DNA of 64,000 bases from Acidobacteriota bacterium (GTDB lineage Bacteria; Acidobacteriota; UBA6911; RPQK01; JADFOI01). Below, piece after piece: positions 37,376 to 47,162 of this stretch. Below the pieces are notes generated by a model. The model was not told the DNA's origin and searched no databases. It saw only the letters and a list, made by a program, of their open reading frames with translations. Positions within the stretch are counted from its first letter, which is position 1; every line of letters starts with the position of its first letter. The position numbers and the translations under genes are program-made. The stretch lies in the NCBI GenBank assembly GCA_965218935.1, contig CBDCMH010000004.1, forward strand, positions 103,965-167,964. Direction: 5' to 3'.

Positions 37376-39142
37376 ATGAAAGGATTGGGCTTCGTGTCGG
37401 TCAAGCGGTGGGTTCAGGCGGGAATCAGCGGAGCGATCCTGATGGGGATCACGGCCGGGCTACTGGGTCACGCCACCTTGCTGCGCACGGTGCCTCCGGC
37501 CAACTCGCGGTTGGAGCGGGCTCCCCCAAGGGTGGAACTCCATTTTAGTGAAGGGATTGAGGAGATTTTCAATGGCGTGCAGATACTCAACCGCAATGGG
37601 TTGCCCGTGCACAACCTCCAGGCCACGCTGTCCCGGAACCGGCAAGAACTGTCGGTGGCACTCAAGAACGACACTCCCAACGGAATCTATACCGTCTCCT
37701 GGCGAGCCACTTCCTCGGACGGGCACCAAGTTGGGGGCAACTTCGGCTTCTCGGTGGGAGAGGAATTTCAGGCTTCGGGGATGGTTGCAGGCCAGCCCGA
37801 GATCGGAGAAAACTGGCCGGGCTTCTCCATGGCGCTCACCCGATGGCTCTACTTTCTGACGTTGATGGTTTTCGTGGGAGGATTTACCTTTGGCGCCATC
37901 ATCCTGGTGCCGGTGATCAAGCACCCCGAGTTGGAGATCCCGGCCGAAGTCTTGGCTGCGGTGCGGCGGCCCTTTCTCCGTTTCTTCCTGTGGAGTTGGG
38001 TGGTGCTTTTGGTGACAGCCCTTTTCAATTTACTTTTCAAGGCCGCGGCCATGGCCGACTCCACCTTGCTTGGGGCCGCAAGCGGGGACATCCTGAGGGC
38101 CGTGATCTCCTCGAGTCAATACGGGAGAATGTGGGCTCTGGGCGTCGTGGTCACCCTGGTCTCCGGAATTCTGTTCTGGCTGTATGGGTACATGTGGACG
38201 GCTCCCCAGGATATTTCCAAAAGTGCACTCTTGCTGTACCTGGGGACCGCGCTGGGAGCGGTTCTCTTTTTCACGGTTTCCAATTCAGGACACGCCGCAG
38301 CGGTCACCGAGTGGAGAGCCGTGGCTTTGAGCAGCGATGTGCTTCACCTTATGGCCACGGCCATCTGGGTGGGCGGACTGATTCATCTGGTGCGGTTGAT
38401 GCGATCGCTCTCGGCGGCCGAGCCGCCCCTGCGGGCTCAATTGCTGGGTGAGGTGGTTCCCCGCTTCTCTCGGATGACACAATTCTGTGTCTTGACCATC
38501 GTGCTCACCGGTGCCTATACCACCTGGATTCACATCCCCTCCTGGTCCTCATTTGTGACCACCTGGTACGGCTGGACGCTTCTGACCAAGATCCTCCTGG
38601 TCCTTCCGCTTCTGGCCATCGGAGCGGTGAACCTGCTGGTGATCAAGCCCCAACTGGGAAAAAGTCTCATTGAGCAGGGCGAGAAAGCTTTGGAAGCCAG
38701 CTTTGGCATATTGCAGCGTTTTCGTCCTCTGGTTCAGGCCGAAGTGGTCCTGGGTGTGGTCATCTTGTTGGTGGTTACGGTCTTAACCAACCTGTCTCCG
38801 GCTGCCACGGCGGCCTCCGGCGGACCCTCTCTGGTTTCCAACCGGAGCGACTTTGACATCACCCTGCAGATCGAGCCCAACCAGATCGGACACAATCAAG
38901 TCCAGGTACGGGTCAAGGACCAGGAAGGAAACTCGGTAGATCTGGAAAACGTTCTCCTGGATGTGATGATGACCGACATGGATATGCCCTGGCAGCGGCT
39001 CGAAGCCAGCCTCCAGGAGGACGGTTCTTATCGAACAGAGGCCGTTTTAGGCATGGCAGGCAATTGGAGGGTTAACGTTCGCGTGATGAAGAAGGGCTCC
39101 TCCCGGCAGCAAACCGCCGTTTTCGATGACTATCTGCCCTAG
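37376..39142 (+). CDS. CopC-CopD fusion copper resistance/uptake protein with C-terminal YtkA-like domain (YcnJ-like)
   Basis: N-terminal CopC fold starting GHATLLRTVPPANSRLERAPPRVELHFSEGI...TVSWRATSSDGHQVGGNFGFSV, then 8 TM helices (CopD), then a ~100-aa periplasmic beta domain. 588 aa. Confidence 0.8.
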   Translation: MKGLGFVSVKRWVQAGISGAILMGITAGLLGHATLLRTVPPANSRLERAPPRVELHFSEGIEEIFNGVQILNRNGLPVHNLQATLSRNRQELSVALKNDTPNGIYTVSWRATSSDGHQVGGNFGFSVGEEFQASGMVAGQPEIGENWPGFSMALTRWLYFLTLMVFVGGFTFGAIILVPVIKHPELEIPAEVLAAVRRPFLRFFLWSWVVLLVTALFNLLFKAAAMADSTLLGAASGDILRAVISSSQYGRMWALGVVVTLVSGILFWLYGYMWTAPQDISKSALLLYLGTALGAVLFFTVSNSGHAAAVTEWRAVALSSDVLHLMATAIWVGGLIHLVRLMRSLSAAEPPLRAQLLGEVVPRFSRMTQFCVLTIVLTGAYTTWIHIPSWSSFVTTWYGWTLLTKILLVLPLLAIGAVNLLVIKPQLGKSLIEQGEKALEASFGILQRFRPLVQAEVVLGVVILLVVTVLTNLSPAATAASGGPSLVSNRSDFDITLQIEPNQIGHNQVQVRVKDQEGNSVDLENVLLDVMMTDMDMPWQRLEASLQEDGSYRTEAVLGMAGNWRVNVRVMKKGSSRQQTAVFDDYLP

Positions 39143-39150
39143 GGCCGTAG

Positions 39151-39190
39151 CCGGGACTATTCATAAATTCTCTACTGCAGCAGCGAAACC
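39151..39190. repeat. Family-2 intergenic motif copy
   Basis: ccggGACTATTCATAAATTCTCTACTGCAGCAGCGAAACC, 9 nt after the CopCD stop. Flanked by GCCGGGA...TCCCGGC long-range complementarity. Confidence 0.7.
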
Positions 39191-39332
39191 ATCCGCCCTG
39201 ACTAATCCCGGCTTTGCCGTGCTGTCGTGGGAACGTGACAGAGCTGCCAGACTTCGGTTTGGGAGGTGCGCCCACAAATCTCTGTTTGTCAACGGGTTAT
39301 AGGGCGCACGGCTGTGCGCCCCTACAGGGAGC

Positions 39333-39923
39333 TTAGGCGCCGTTGTGGCCGTTTTTCCGATTGATGATCAGCACCAAACCTGCCCCGACCAGACCTCCAA
39401 GAAGCCCGCTCAGCCCCAGGTAGAAGGCCAGATTGGGGCCTCCCTCTTCTTCAACCAGCGTCAGTGCCACAGCGGGTTTTTCCGTACCTTCTTCATTGCG
39501 ATCTTCCACCCAGGCCACCACACTTCCGTCAGAATACGTCTGGTAGGCCTTGATCTGCTGCAGTCCCGTCAGCTTGGGCAGGGTGATGATCAGGTTGAAC
39601 TGGATAAAGGAGTAGCCGGGAGCCTCAGCTCCTGACCAGGTGACGCTCTTAATCCAGTCATCCTCGTCCCTTTCAATGCTCACATCCCAGAGTGGGTCCA
39701 GTTCCACCCGGTCCACCTGACCTCCCGCTTCCTTCCATTCCGGTGGAATGAGGATCTTCAACTCTACCGTTGGGATGTCCTTCTCAACCGGTGCTCTGAC
39801 GGCAAAGGAAACATGGTTCGTTCCGGAGATGCCCCGTCTTGGCGCCAGCCCCACATGGGCAAAGGCCTGGGCAGCAAAAAACGCTCCTATGGCCAACAAA
39901 CAAGTGAAAAGTCTTAATCTCAT
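39333..39923 (-). CDS. YcnI-like (DUF1775) copper-binding periplasmic protein with C-terminal membrane anchor
   Basis: Signal peptide ...AQAFA|HVGLAPRRG places a His at the mature N-terminus as in YcnI/DUF1775. C-terminal TM segment LSGLLGGLVGAGLVLIINRK. Convergent with the CopCD gene. Confidence 0.65.
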   Translation of the reverse strand: MRLRLFTCLLAIGAFFAAQAFAHVGLAPRRGISGTNHVSFAVRAPVEKDIPTVELKILIPPEWKEAGGQVDRVELDPLWDVSIERDEDDWIKSVTWSGAEAPGYSFIQFNLIITLPKLTGLQQIKAYQTYSDGSVVAWVEDRNEEGTEKPAVALTLVEEEGGPNLAFYLGLSGLLGGLVGAGLVLIINRKNGHNGA

Positions 39924-39988
39924 TTTGGTCCCCTGGTGATTCCTGAACCCGATTATATGCCGACGAACCCATTACCCGCAACAAGGCG

Positions 39989-41479
39989 AATTGCCTCATC
40001 AAAAATCTATTCGAAATGGATACGTTGCCTCATTAAAAAATCTATTCGAAATTGCCTGGCCCTGAGCAGGGGAATAGAAGTGTCCTCCATGAAGGAATGG
40101 AGGGCACCAATGAGGTTAACGATGGCAGAAAAGCGTGTATTGATCAAAAGTTTTGTCCCCCGCTACCGGAAGAAGGGCAAGAAGGTGAAGGGGGAAGTGT
40201 TGACGGAGTTTACCCAAATGACGGGCTACAACCGCTGCTATGGAGCCTATCTGCTTCGCCACCAGGGCAAGCGGATCCGGTTGAGCCCCAAGCTGGTGGC
40301 GGTAGGGGATATCGGCAAGAGAGTACGGCGAGAGCGGGCCCGCAAATACGACCAGAAAGTTCTAAAGGCGCTGACGATGATCTGGGAGATACTGGACTAT
40401 TTGTGTGGCAAACGTCTGGTCGCGATTTTGCCGGAAGTGGTACCCATTTTACAAAGACATGGGGAACTGAAAGTGGATGCCAGCACCCATGAGCGGTTGA
40501 TGCAGATCAGCGCCGCCACCATCGATCGGCTGCTGGAGCCCGAAAGGTGCAAGCACCGTCTCAAAGGACGATCCGGAACCAAGCCGGGAACGCTGCTCAA
40601 ACACCAGATTCCGATCAAGCGTTTCGCCGACTGGCAGGAGGATCGCCCCGGTTTTGTGGAAGTGGACCTGGTGGGCCATGAGGGAGGCCAGGGTCGGGGG
40701 GACTACCTTCAAACCCTGGATGTGACGGACGTGTACACGGGCTGGACAGAGGTCCGAGCGGTGCGCAATAAGGCCCAGGTGTGGGTCCTGGAAGCGATGA
40801 AGCTGCTTCAGAAGCGCTCGCCCTTCCCTTGGCTGGGGATGGCTTCGGACAACGGCAGCGAGTTCATCAACAAGCACTTGATTCGTTTTTGTGAGCAGGA
40901 AAAGATCAGCTTCAGCCGAACCCGCCCCTCGCGCAAGAATGACAACCCTTATGTGGAGCAGAAAAACTATTCGGTGGTTCGGCGGGCCGTGGGTTATGCT
41001 CGCTACGAGGGAGAGCGAGAACAGGAGCTGGTGAACGAGTTGTACGATCGGCTGCGACTGCAGATCAACTTTTTCAAGCCGGTCATGAAGATGGTGGCCA
41101 AGCAACGTCGAGGGTCTCGGATCTGGAAAAAGTATGATGTGCCGAAAACTCCCTACCGGAGGATCTGCGAGTCCCCTGAGGTGGCGGACAAGATCAAGCG
41201 GGAACTGGCCCGAGAGTATGAGAAGCTCAATCCGGCCCAGCTGGCACGGCAGATCGGCTGGCTTCAGAATTGCCTTTTGCTCAAACCGACTCCTGAGCAG
41301 AAGAAACGATGGGAAGCGGGCTGGATGTGAAAATCTTTCTCTTGCTGCAGGCTGCGGGTGTTGGGCAAGGGGTTGCCACTCCTCTGGTTGGTGCTTTTTA
41401 CCACCACTTTTTGCAATCCCTTTCGGATAGATTCTTAGTGAGGCAACGAATACCCTTTGGAATAGATTTTTACGTGAGG
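39989..41479. mobile_element. ~1.5 kb IS element, copy 2 (same family and orientation as copy 1)
   Basis: Near-identical to 10874-12374, with at least one nucleotide difference (GCC vs GTC, giving A vs V in the transposase). Same doubled terminal repeats. Confidence 0.8.
40080..41330 (+). CDS. DDE transposase (rve superfamily), IS copy 2
   Basis: Same 416-aa protein as 10964-12214 except SFAPRY to SFVPRY. The track ORF 39936 start is an upstream in-frame read-through; the ATG at 40080 corresponds to copy 1. Confidence 0.8.
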   Translation: MSSMKEWRAPMRLTMAEKRVLIKSFVPRYRKKGKKVKGEVLTEFTQMTGYNRCYGAYLLRHQGKRIRLSPKLVAVGDIGKRVRRERARKYDQKVLKALTMIWEILDYLCGKRLVAILPEVVPILQRHGELKVDASTHERLMQISAATIDRLLEPERCKHRLKGRSGTKPGTLLKHQIPIKRFADWQEDRPGFVEVDLVGHEGGQGRGDYLQTLDVTDVYTGWTEVRAVRNKAQVWVLEAMKLLQKRSPFPWLGMASDNGSEFINKHLIRFCEQEKISFSRTRPSRKNDNPYVEQKNYSVVRRAVGYARYEGEREQELVNELYDRLRLQINFFKPVMKMVAKQRRGSRIWKKYDVPKTPYRRICESPEVADKIKRELAREYEKLNPAQLARQIGWLQNCLLLKPTPEQKKRWEAGWM

Positions 41480-41518
41480 CAACGGGCAAGTAGCCATGAT
41501 AGAGTACCGATCGCGTAT

Positions 41519-42082
41519 ATGAGACCGATAAGAAGCAGCTCCCTGAGAAGAAGAATACTCCTTGGTGTCTTTCTTTTTTTTCTGAGTGCTCCAAAGGCCC
41601 GGATGGAGTCACAGGAAACCGACGTTCCCACCCTGACCCTTTCTTTTGAGAAAACCATCGGGCAGGTCGGCCAGGAGGTTTCCCTGCCCCTCAAGATCAC
41701 CTCCTTCACCCCTATAAAAGAGCCGTTCAAGATTATTCTTCGTTTTCCACCCAGCAAGCTGGAATACACCAAGCTGGGTATCGGTCAGGGGCCACGCAAA
41801 GCGGGTTGGAAGCTCGAATCTGAGCTGAAAAAAGCTCCTATCGCCTTTGATATGCACTTTCTGGAGATTCTGGCTGAGCCGGGGGAGGGGGACTTTCTCC
41901 CCGAAGGCGGTGTGCTGGCTTTTGCTTACTTTAGGATCCTGGAAGCGGATGTGGATCATGTGATCGAACTCTCTCCCAGTATCAAACAACTCGGAGAAGC
42001 GCCTCTAGAAGGGAAAACGGAACCCGCCCAAATCACCGCCCTCCCGGCAGGAACTTTTGCCTGCTTCTTTTATATGCACTGA
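41519..42082 (+). CDS. Hypothetical secreted protein immediately downstream of IS copy 2
   Basis: The track ORF 41309-42082 starts inside the IS. Just past the IS end, the ATG at 41519 gives MRPIRSSSLRRRILLGVFLFFLSAPKA (signal peptide). 187 aa with a protein-like composition. Confidence 0.45.
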   Translation: MRPIRSSSLRRRILLGVFLFFLSAPKARMESQETDVPTLTLSFEKTIGQVGQEVSLPLKITSFTPIKEPFKIILRFPPSKLEYTKLGIGQGPRKAGWKLESELKKAPIAFDMHFLEILAEPGEGDFLPEGGVLAFAYFRILEADVDHVIELSPSIKQLGEAPLEGKTEPAQITALPAGTFACFFYMH

Positions 42083-42229
42083 AGCCTGCAAGAAAACGCC
42101 GCCCTTCTGTCCCCTTTGAGCCGTTCGTTTATGATCTGTTGTGGTTTCTACTGATGACCCGTACCAAGCGCTCCAACCTCAGGCACAGCGAGCCCGAATG
42201 CACAAGCACACGACAGGAGAACACACGAA

Positions 42230-44218
42230 TCACTGCAGAAAGGGCTGACCGATGTGCTCGACCTGAGCATCGGTGAAACTGTAAGCCGGCCCCACCGCAG
42301 GTATTCCAAAGTCCTGGGCCAGGGACTCCTGCAGCACCACGATATCCCCCCCCAACAGGGTCATCAGCGGGCGGATTTTCAAAATGTCATCCACATCAAT
42401 GGTGAAGTAGTCGCGATCGATGATCAGCATATCGGCGAATTTCCCCACTTCCAGCGACCCAATCTTATCCGGCTTCCTGACATAGTCTGCTGCCCAGGAG
42501 GTCCACATTTTCAGGGCGTGCACTCGATTGATGCGCTCATCCGGCTGCCACACCTTTCCATTGTACTTGCGAGTAATAGCCTGCCACAGCTGGTAAAAGG
42601 GAGGCTCCATTCCCGGCCCCACGCTGCCTTCTGAGGGTCGGTCAAAGGCTCCTCCGCCGTAATGCTGTCCCACCACCTTCACACCCGATTGGATCCAGGT
42701 ACGGAAGGGTAAAATAAAGGACTCGATTTGGGGGCCATAGTCGGCAATCCAGTCAGGAGCTTCATTGATGCGGCTGGGTCCACAGCTCAGGATGATTCCA
42801 TACTCTTTCAATTTCTCGAGAATATCGGGCTGCTTCCCCACCAGAGTGCAATGCTCGGTCGTCATCCCCATCGCGCGAATCTCCTCCATGGATATCCCAG
42901 TATCGGCCCGGGCCCGATCGATCATCCTGAAATAGGCTCGGGCGGCTTCGCTGCCGACCATGTGCACCCCGGCCAACCGCCAACCCGACTTGAAGGCATT
43001 TTCCAGTGTGTCCCACATCAGATCACCCGGCTTGGGACAGACTTCCCGCGACTTGATGTGGGCCGGAGCCTGGGTATCGGGTCCCGTGCACGACTCAGGG
43101 TACATCGAATCCCAGCGTTCGGAAGCCACCCCATCAATCCAAAAGTAATCGTCTCCGATCCCCTGCAGGACGCCCGTTCGCCGATACATCTGTCGGGTCT
43201 GCTGAGGATCGGTAGGCATCCGGTGCACTTCATAGTGGGCGGCCAAGCGAAGAGGCATCTGTCCAAGACCGGCCAGTGTGGCATACCCACTCATGACCTT
43301 TGGGAAAGGAATACGGGTAGACAGGGTGGTCACTCCGATCGAGGAGAACTCTTCCCCGGTGAGCTTCAAGGCTTGGGCCAGAGTGTTCAAGGGCAGGCTC
43401 TGAAGAAAGAGTTCCCACGTGATGACAGACATCTCCTGGCTGCCCACCCAGCCGATGCCGGGAATGTCTTCGCCGATGGTATCCCCGTGCATGGTCTCCT
43501 GGATGGAAGCCGAGTATCCCGGCAGGAAGTCATTCAAGGCTTCCAGAGCTTGGGAATTGACCCAACCTCTAATGCCAGGTCTCACCAGAAGAGGATTCTC
43601 AGGTGTCCACAGATCCAGTGTCCTGCGCTCGGTCAGACGTCGCGTAAACGCCCAGAAACTGGCTTCACTGGGTGCTTCGGGATGACCTGAAATACTCAGA
43701 ACCACCCACTGGCCCGGATTGGCCTGGCGGACCGCCTCCTGGATCTTCTCTCGCATGAGGGCCTGAGTTTTTTCCAGGTCCCGCTCCGCCTGCATCGAGA
43801 CCACAATCCCATTGGGGGGATACTTGAAGCCTAACCGGTCCAGATAGCGGGTGGCCTCACCGTAGATGTGCATATGGGGTTCAATGATTCCAGGAATCAG
43901 GGTGCGTCCCTTCAAATCGAGGACACTGGTGTCGGGTCCCGCCAGGGCCCTGATTTCCCCACTGGTCCCCAGCTTGATAATCGTGTCTCCCTTGACCGCG
44001 ACGGCCTGGTAGACCCTTCCCACACTGCTGGAGGTGGACTTATCATCCATGCTCACTACCTTGCCGTTGACCAGCACCGTGTCGGCGTACCCGTGCTGGG
44101 CCACCTCAGGGGGAATTTGCTGGGCATGCAGCGGGGAGCTGAGCAAAATCAGCAGCGCCAGGCTACATGCGCTGCTGCAATGGTAGAGGATCGATCTCGT
44201 TTTGCCGGTTAAATTCAT
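42230..44218 (-). CDS. Secreted amidohydrolase-family metal-dependent hydrolase
   Basis: LIPGIIEPHMHIYGEATRY is the metal-binding HxH motif of the amidohydrolase superfamily, with downstream His/Asp ligands. Start re-set to MNLTGKTRSILYHCSSACSLALLILLSSPLHAQQ (signal peptide). The track start at 44404 would translate the AT-rich repeat region. Confidence 0.7.
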   Translation of the reverse strand: MNLTGKTRSILYHCSSACSLALLILLSSPLHAQQIPPEVAQHGYADTVLVNGKVVSMDDKSTSSSVGRVYQAVAVKGDTIIKLGTSGEIRALAGPDTSVLDLKGRTLIPGIIEPHMHIYGEATRYLDRLGFKYPPNGIVVSMQAERDLEKTQALMREKIQEAVRQANPGQWVVLSISGHPEAPSEASFWAFTRRLTERRTLDLWTPENPLLVRPGIRGWVNSQALEALNDFLPGYSASIQETMHGDTIGEDIPGIGWVGSQEMSVITWELFLQSLPLNTLAQALKLTGEEFSSIGVTTLSTRIPFPKVMSGYATLAGLGQMPLRLAAHYEVHRMPTDPQQTRQMYRRTGVLQGIGDDYFWIDGVASERWDSMYPESCTGPDTQAPAHIKSREVCPKPGDLMWDTLENAFKSGWRLAGVHMVGSEAARAYFRMIDRARADTGISMEEIRAMGMTTEHCTLVGKQPDILEKLKEYGIILSCGPSRINEAPDWIADYGPQIESFILPFRTWIQSGVKVVGQHYGGGAFDRPSEGSVGPGMEPPFYQLWQAITRKYNGKVWQPDERINRVHALKMWTSWAADYVRKPDKIGSLEVGKFADMLIIDRDYFTIDVDDILKIRPLMTLLGGDIVVLQESLAQDFGIPAVGPAYSFTDAQVEHIGQPFLQ

Positions 44219-44368
44219 AGGGTTTCGGCTGGACCAAAAAACCGGAGTGTTCCCGGATTTCAGTCTGCCCCTCCTTCTCTTAACAAAGACCTCGTCTTCG
44301 GAGCCATGTGCTGCTCCATATCTTATCGGAGAAGATGGGAAGGAGAAAGCAGAGGTTTGAAATAAGTT

Positions 44369-44486
44369 ACAAATCTCAAATTTCAAACTCCAAATCACAA
44401 ACAAAATTCGGTTTGAAACAGTTCATAAGACCAAACTCAGAGGTTTTGAATTTGGAATTTGTGATTTGTAATTTGTTTCTGATTTG
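44369..44486. repeat. AT-rich strand-asymmetric inverted repeat (CAAAT-unit run, then complementary ATTTG-unit run)
   Basis: 44369-44406 acaaatctcaaatttcaaactccaaatcacaaacaaaa (almost only A/C). 44443-44486 ttttgaatttggaatttgtgatttgtaatttgtttctgatttgt (almost only T/G). It lies between the MFS stop and the amidohydrolase start, in an otherwise ~60% GC context. Confidence 0.7.
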
Positions 44487-44498
44487 TCATTTACTCCG

Positions 44499-46047
44499 TC
44501 ACTTCCTCCGTGCGTGCTGTTGAGCCGATCCCGCCGGGACCAGAAAGGCCGAAGCCAGAGCCAGAAGAGAAAAAATGAAACCGACAAAAAACACATCCTG
44601 CAAAGCCGTACCCAGAAGACCTTGTAACTTGGGTAAAAGAGTCGAGGAGATCTGAGCGCGGTTCAGGGGGTTCACGATGGCATCCGGGTGGCGGGCAACA
44701 TAAGCAATCTGTTCAGTCTGTTCTGTCTCTTCCATAGCCGACAGTCCGGACATCATCTGGCCTGCCATGACGGCTCCCATGATGGCGATACCGATGGAAG
44801 CCCCAATGCTCCGAAAGAACTGGGTTGCCGAAGTGGCAATCCCCAGGGAGCTGCGAGGGAACCGGCTCTGAACGGCAATGAGCATGGAGACCATGCTCAG
44901 TCCCATTCCCACGCCCATGAGAACCAACACCATCGCTAACTCCAGAGGAGAGACCTGGACGGTGACCCGGCTGAGCAGGAAAAACCCGATGCTCAGGGAA
45001 ACCATACCCGTGATGACCGTTCTCCGGTACCCCACAATGAGAATCAAACGCCCTCCTACAATGGAGAAAACCACCCACCCCAGCATCAGCGGGGTGATGG
45101 CCCATCCAGCCTCGGTTGCCCCTGTGCCCTGCACCCCCTGGACAAAGAGGGGGATAAAAGAAATCGCTCCGAAGAGGGCCATGCCACTAAATAAACCATT
45201 GAGTGCGGCGGCGGAAAAAATCCGATCGTTAAAAAGGTGTAAGGGCAAGATGGGGTCGACGGTTTTTCTTTGCTGGAAAATAAATAGGACCAAGAGAATT
45301 CCCGCTGTGACCAGGGTCAGATACTGTCCCGGGCTTGGCTCACCGCCTCTGAGTTGATCCAGACTGATGAGAAGGAGGGAAAGAGAAACGATCAAAACCA
45401 GGACTCCCACGTAGTCCACCCGGCTGGCGCGGCGGGTCCTGGGTTCAACCAGTGCCAGAGCAATGATGGCCCCGGCCAAGAGGCCAAAGGGAAAATTGAG
45501 AAAAAACACCCATCGCCAGGAAAAGTGGTCGGTAATGAGTCCCCCCAGCAGGGGCCCGACGATACTGCTGAGTCCCCAGACACCGCTGAACCAGCCCTGC
45601 ATGCGGGCACGACGCTCCAGAGAGTAGATGTCCCCGATAATGGTCATTCCCAGGGGGAGCAGGGCTCCCGCCCCTAAACCCTGAATGGCTCGAAAGGCGA
45701 TCAGTTGCACCATCGACTGACTCAGACCGCAAAGAACCGAACCGCCGACAAACAATCCGATGCCGGCGATATAAAATAGGCGTCGCCCATAGTAATCGGA
45801 AAGACGTCCCCAAAGCGGAACAGTCACGGTGGCCGTCAGGAAGTAGATCGAGTACACCCAACTGTAAAGCTCAAGTCCTCCGAGACTTGAAATGACGGTG
45901 GGCATGGCCGTCACCACCGCTGTCGCCTCCAAAGCGCTGAGGAAGAGTCCCATCATGACCCCTGAGGTAATCCAGGCTCTCCGCTGCGGCGTCAACTTCA
46001 ATGGGCCCAACAACTCCTCTAGATTTGTGGGTGTGTCTGATAACATG
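44499..46047 (-). CDS. MFS transporter, DHA2-like (14-TMS drug:H+ antiporter family)
   Basis: 14 hydrophobic segments. Conserved MFS motifs GRLSDYYGRRLFYIAGIGLF (motif A) and LCGLSQSMVQLIAFRAIQGLGAG. Likely start MLSDTPTNLEELLGPL at ~46047. Confidence 0.8.
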
Positions 46048-46117
46048 GAGACGGGATTATAGCAGGGCCACGGGAAGGCCGTAACTTGCCCGATCTGACT
46101 GGAGCATGGTAGGCTGG

Positions 46118-46143
46118 CCGGATTATTCATAGGTTTGTCCCGG
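46118..46143. repeat. Family-2 motif, partial inverted copy
   Basis: CCGGATTATTCATAGGtttgtcccgg equals the reverse complement of the right arm of the 9452-9507 copy. It lies in the 51-bp divergent region between the MFS and bioB genes. Confidence 0.55.
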
Positions 46144-46181
46144 CTTCAACCGGGCAACGCTCACTTTGGAACAACTCGATA

Positions 46182-47162
46182 GTGTCCCCTCTTAGATCAA
46201 ACCCGGACAATCTCATTCGTCACGATTGGAGTGATGAGCAGATCCAGGCTATCCACGATTTACCCCTTCCGGATTTGCTGTTTCAGGCCCAGTTGGAACA
46301 CCGCCGCTACCACGATCCTCAGAAAGTGCAGCTTTGCACCCTGTTGAGCATCAAGACCGGCGGCTGTCCAGAGGACTGCAGCTATTGCCCCCAGAGTGCC
46401 TATTACGATAGCGGCGTCCCTTCACAAGATTTACTGGATATAGAACAGGTCTTGGAAGCTGCCCGCCAGGCCCGGGGTCACGGTTCGACACGTTTTTGCA
46501 TGGGCGCTGCCTGGAGAGAGGTCCGCCAGGGTGCTGAATTCGAGCGTGTATTGGAGATGGTTCGGCAGGTCCGTGAACTGGGAATGGAGGTGTGTTGCAC
46601 TCTGGGAATGCTGAACTCCGAACAGGCCCATCGCCTGGCTGAAGCGGGACTAACCGCTTACAACCACAACCTGGATACCGGCCCCGATTACTATGACCAA
46701 ATCATTACCACTCGCACCTATGAGGACCGCCTCCAGACACTCGCTTATGTCCGTGAGGCGGGCGTGACGGTCTGTTGTGGAGGAATTCTGGGGATGGGCG
46801 AAAGCTCACAGGATCGGATCGCTCTTTTACGGGTTCTTTCTCACCTGAATCCCCATCCGGAAAGCGTTCCCATCAACTCTCTGGTTCGGGTCAAGGGAAC
46901 TCCTTTGGGTGATCGCTCCCCGGTGGATCCCATCGAGATTGTCCGTATGATCGCCACGGCACGGATCGTCATGCCCAAAAGCCGAGTCCGACTGAGTGCA
47001 GGGCGCACCGAAATGTCGGTGGAGACTCAAGCCCTCTGCTTTGTGGCAGGAGCCAATTCCATTTTTAGCGGCGAGAAACTCCTTACCACTCCCAATCCGG
47101 ACCTCTACCACGACCGTTCGCTACTGGATAAACTGGGGCTCTCGCCACTTGAAGGGTCATGA
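46182..47162 (+). CDS. bioB: Biotin synthase
   Basis: Radical-SAM CxxxCxxC ([13 protein letters not shown]), YNHNLDT motif, and [2Fe-2S] cysteines (CCTLG...CCGGIL). Confidence 0.9.
   Translation: MSPLRSNPDNLIRHDWSDEQIQAIHDLPLPDLLFQAQLEHRRYHDPQKVQLCTLLSIKTGGCPEDCSYCPQSAYYDSGVPSQDLLDIEQVLEAARQARGHGSTRFCMGAAWREVRQGAEFERVLEMVRQVRELGMEVCCTLGMLNSEQAHRLAEAGLTAYNHNLDTGPDYYDQIITTRTYEDRLQTLAYVREAGVTVCCGGILGMGESSQDRIALLRVLSHLNPHPESVPINSLVRVKGTPLGDRSPVDPIEIVRMIATARIVMPKSRVRLSAGRTEMSVETQALCFVAGANSIFSGEKLLTTPNPDLYHDRSLLDKLGLSPLEGS

Noticed and set aside
39297-39326. Intrinsic terminator between copCD and ycnI
   Set aside because: The stem-loop GGGCGCAC-ggct-GTGCGCCC is real, but there is no U-tract on either strand. 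Left as an unannotated hairpin.
42728-43690. 320-aa plus-strand ORF
   Set aside because: Antisense to the amidohydrolase gene. Gly/Arg/Pro/His-rich.
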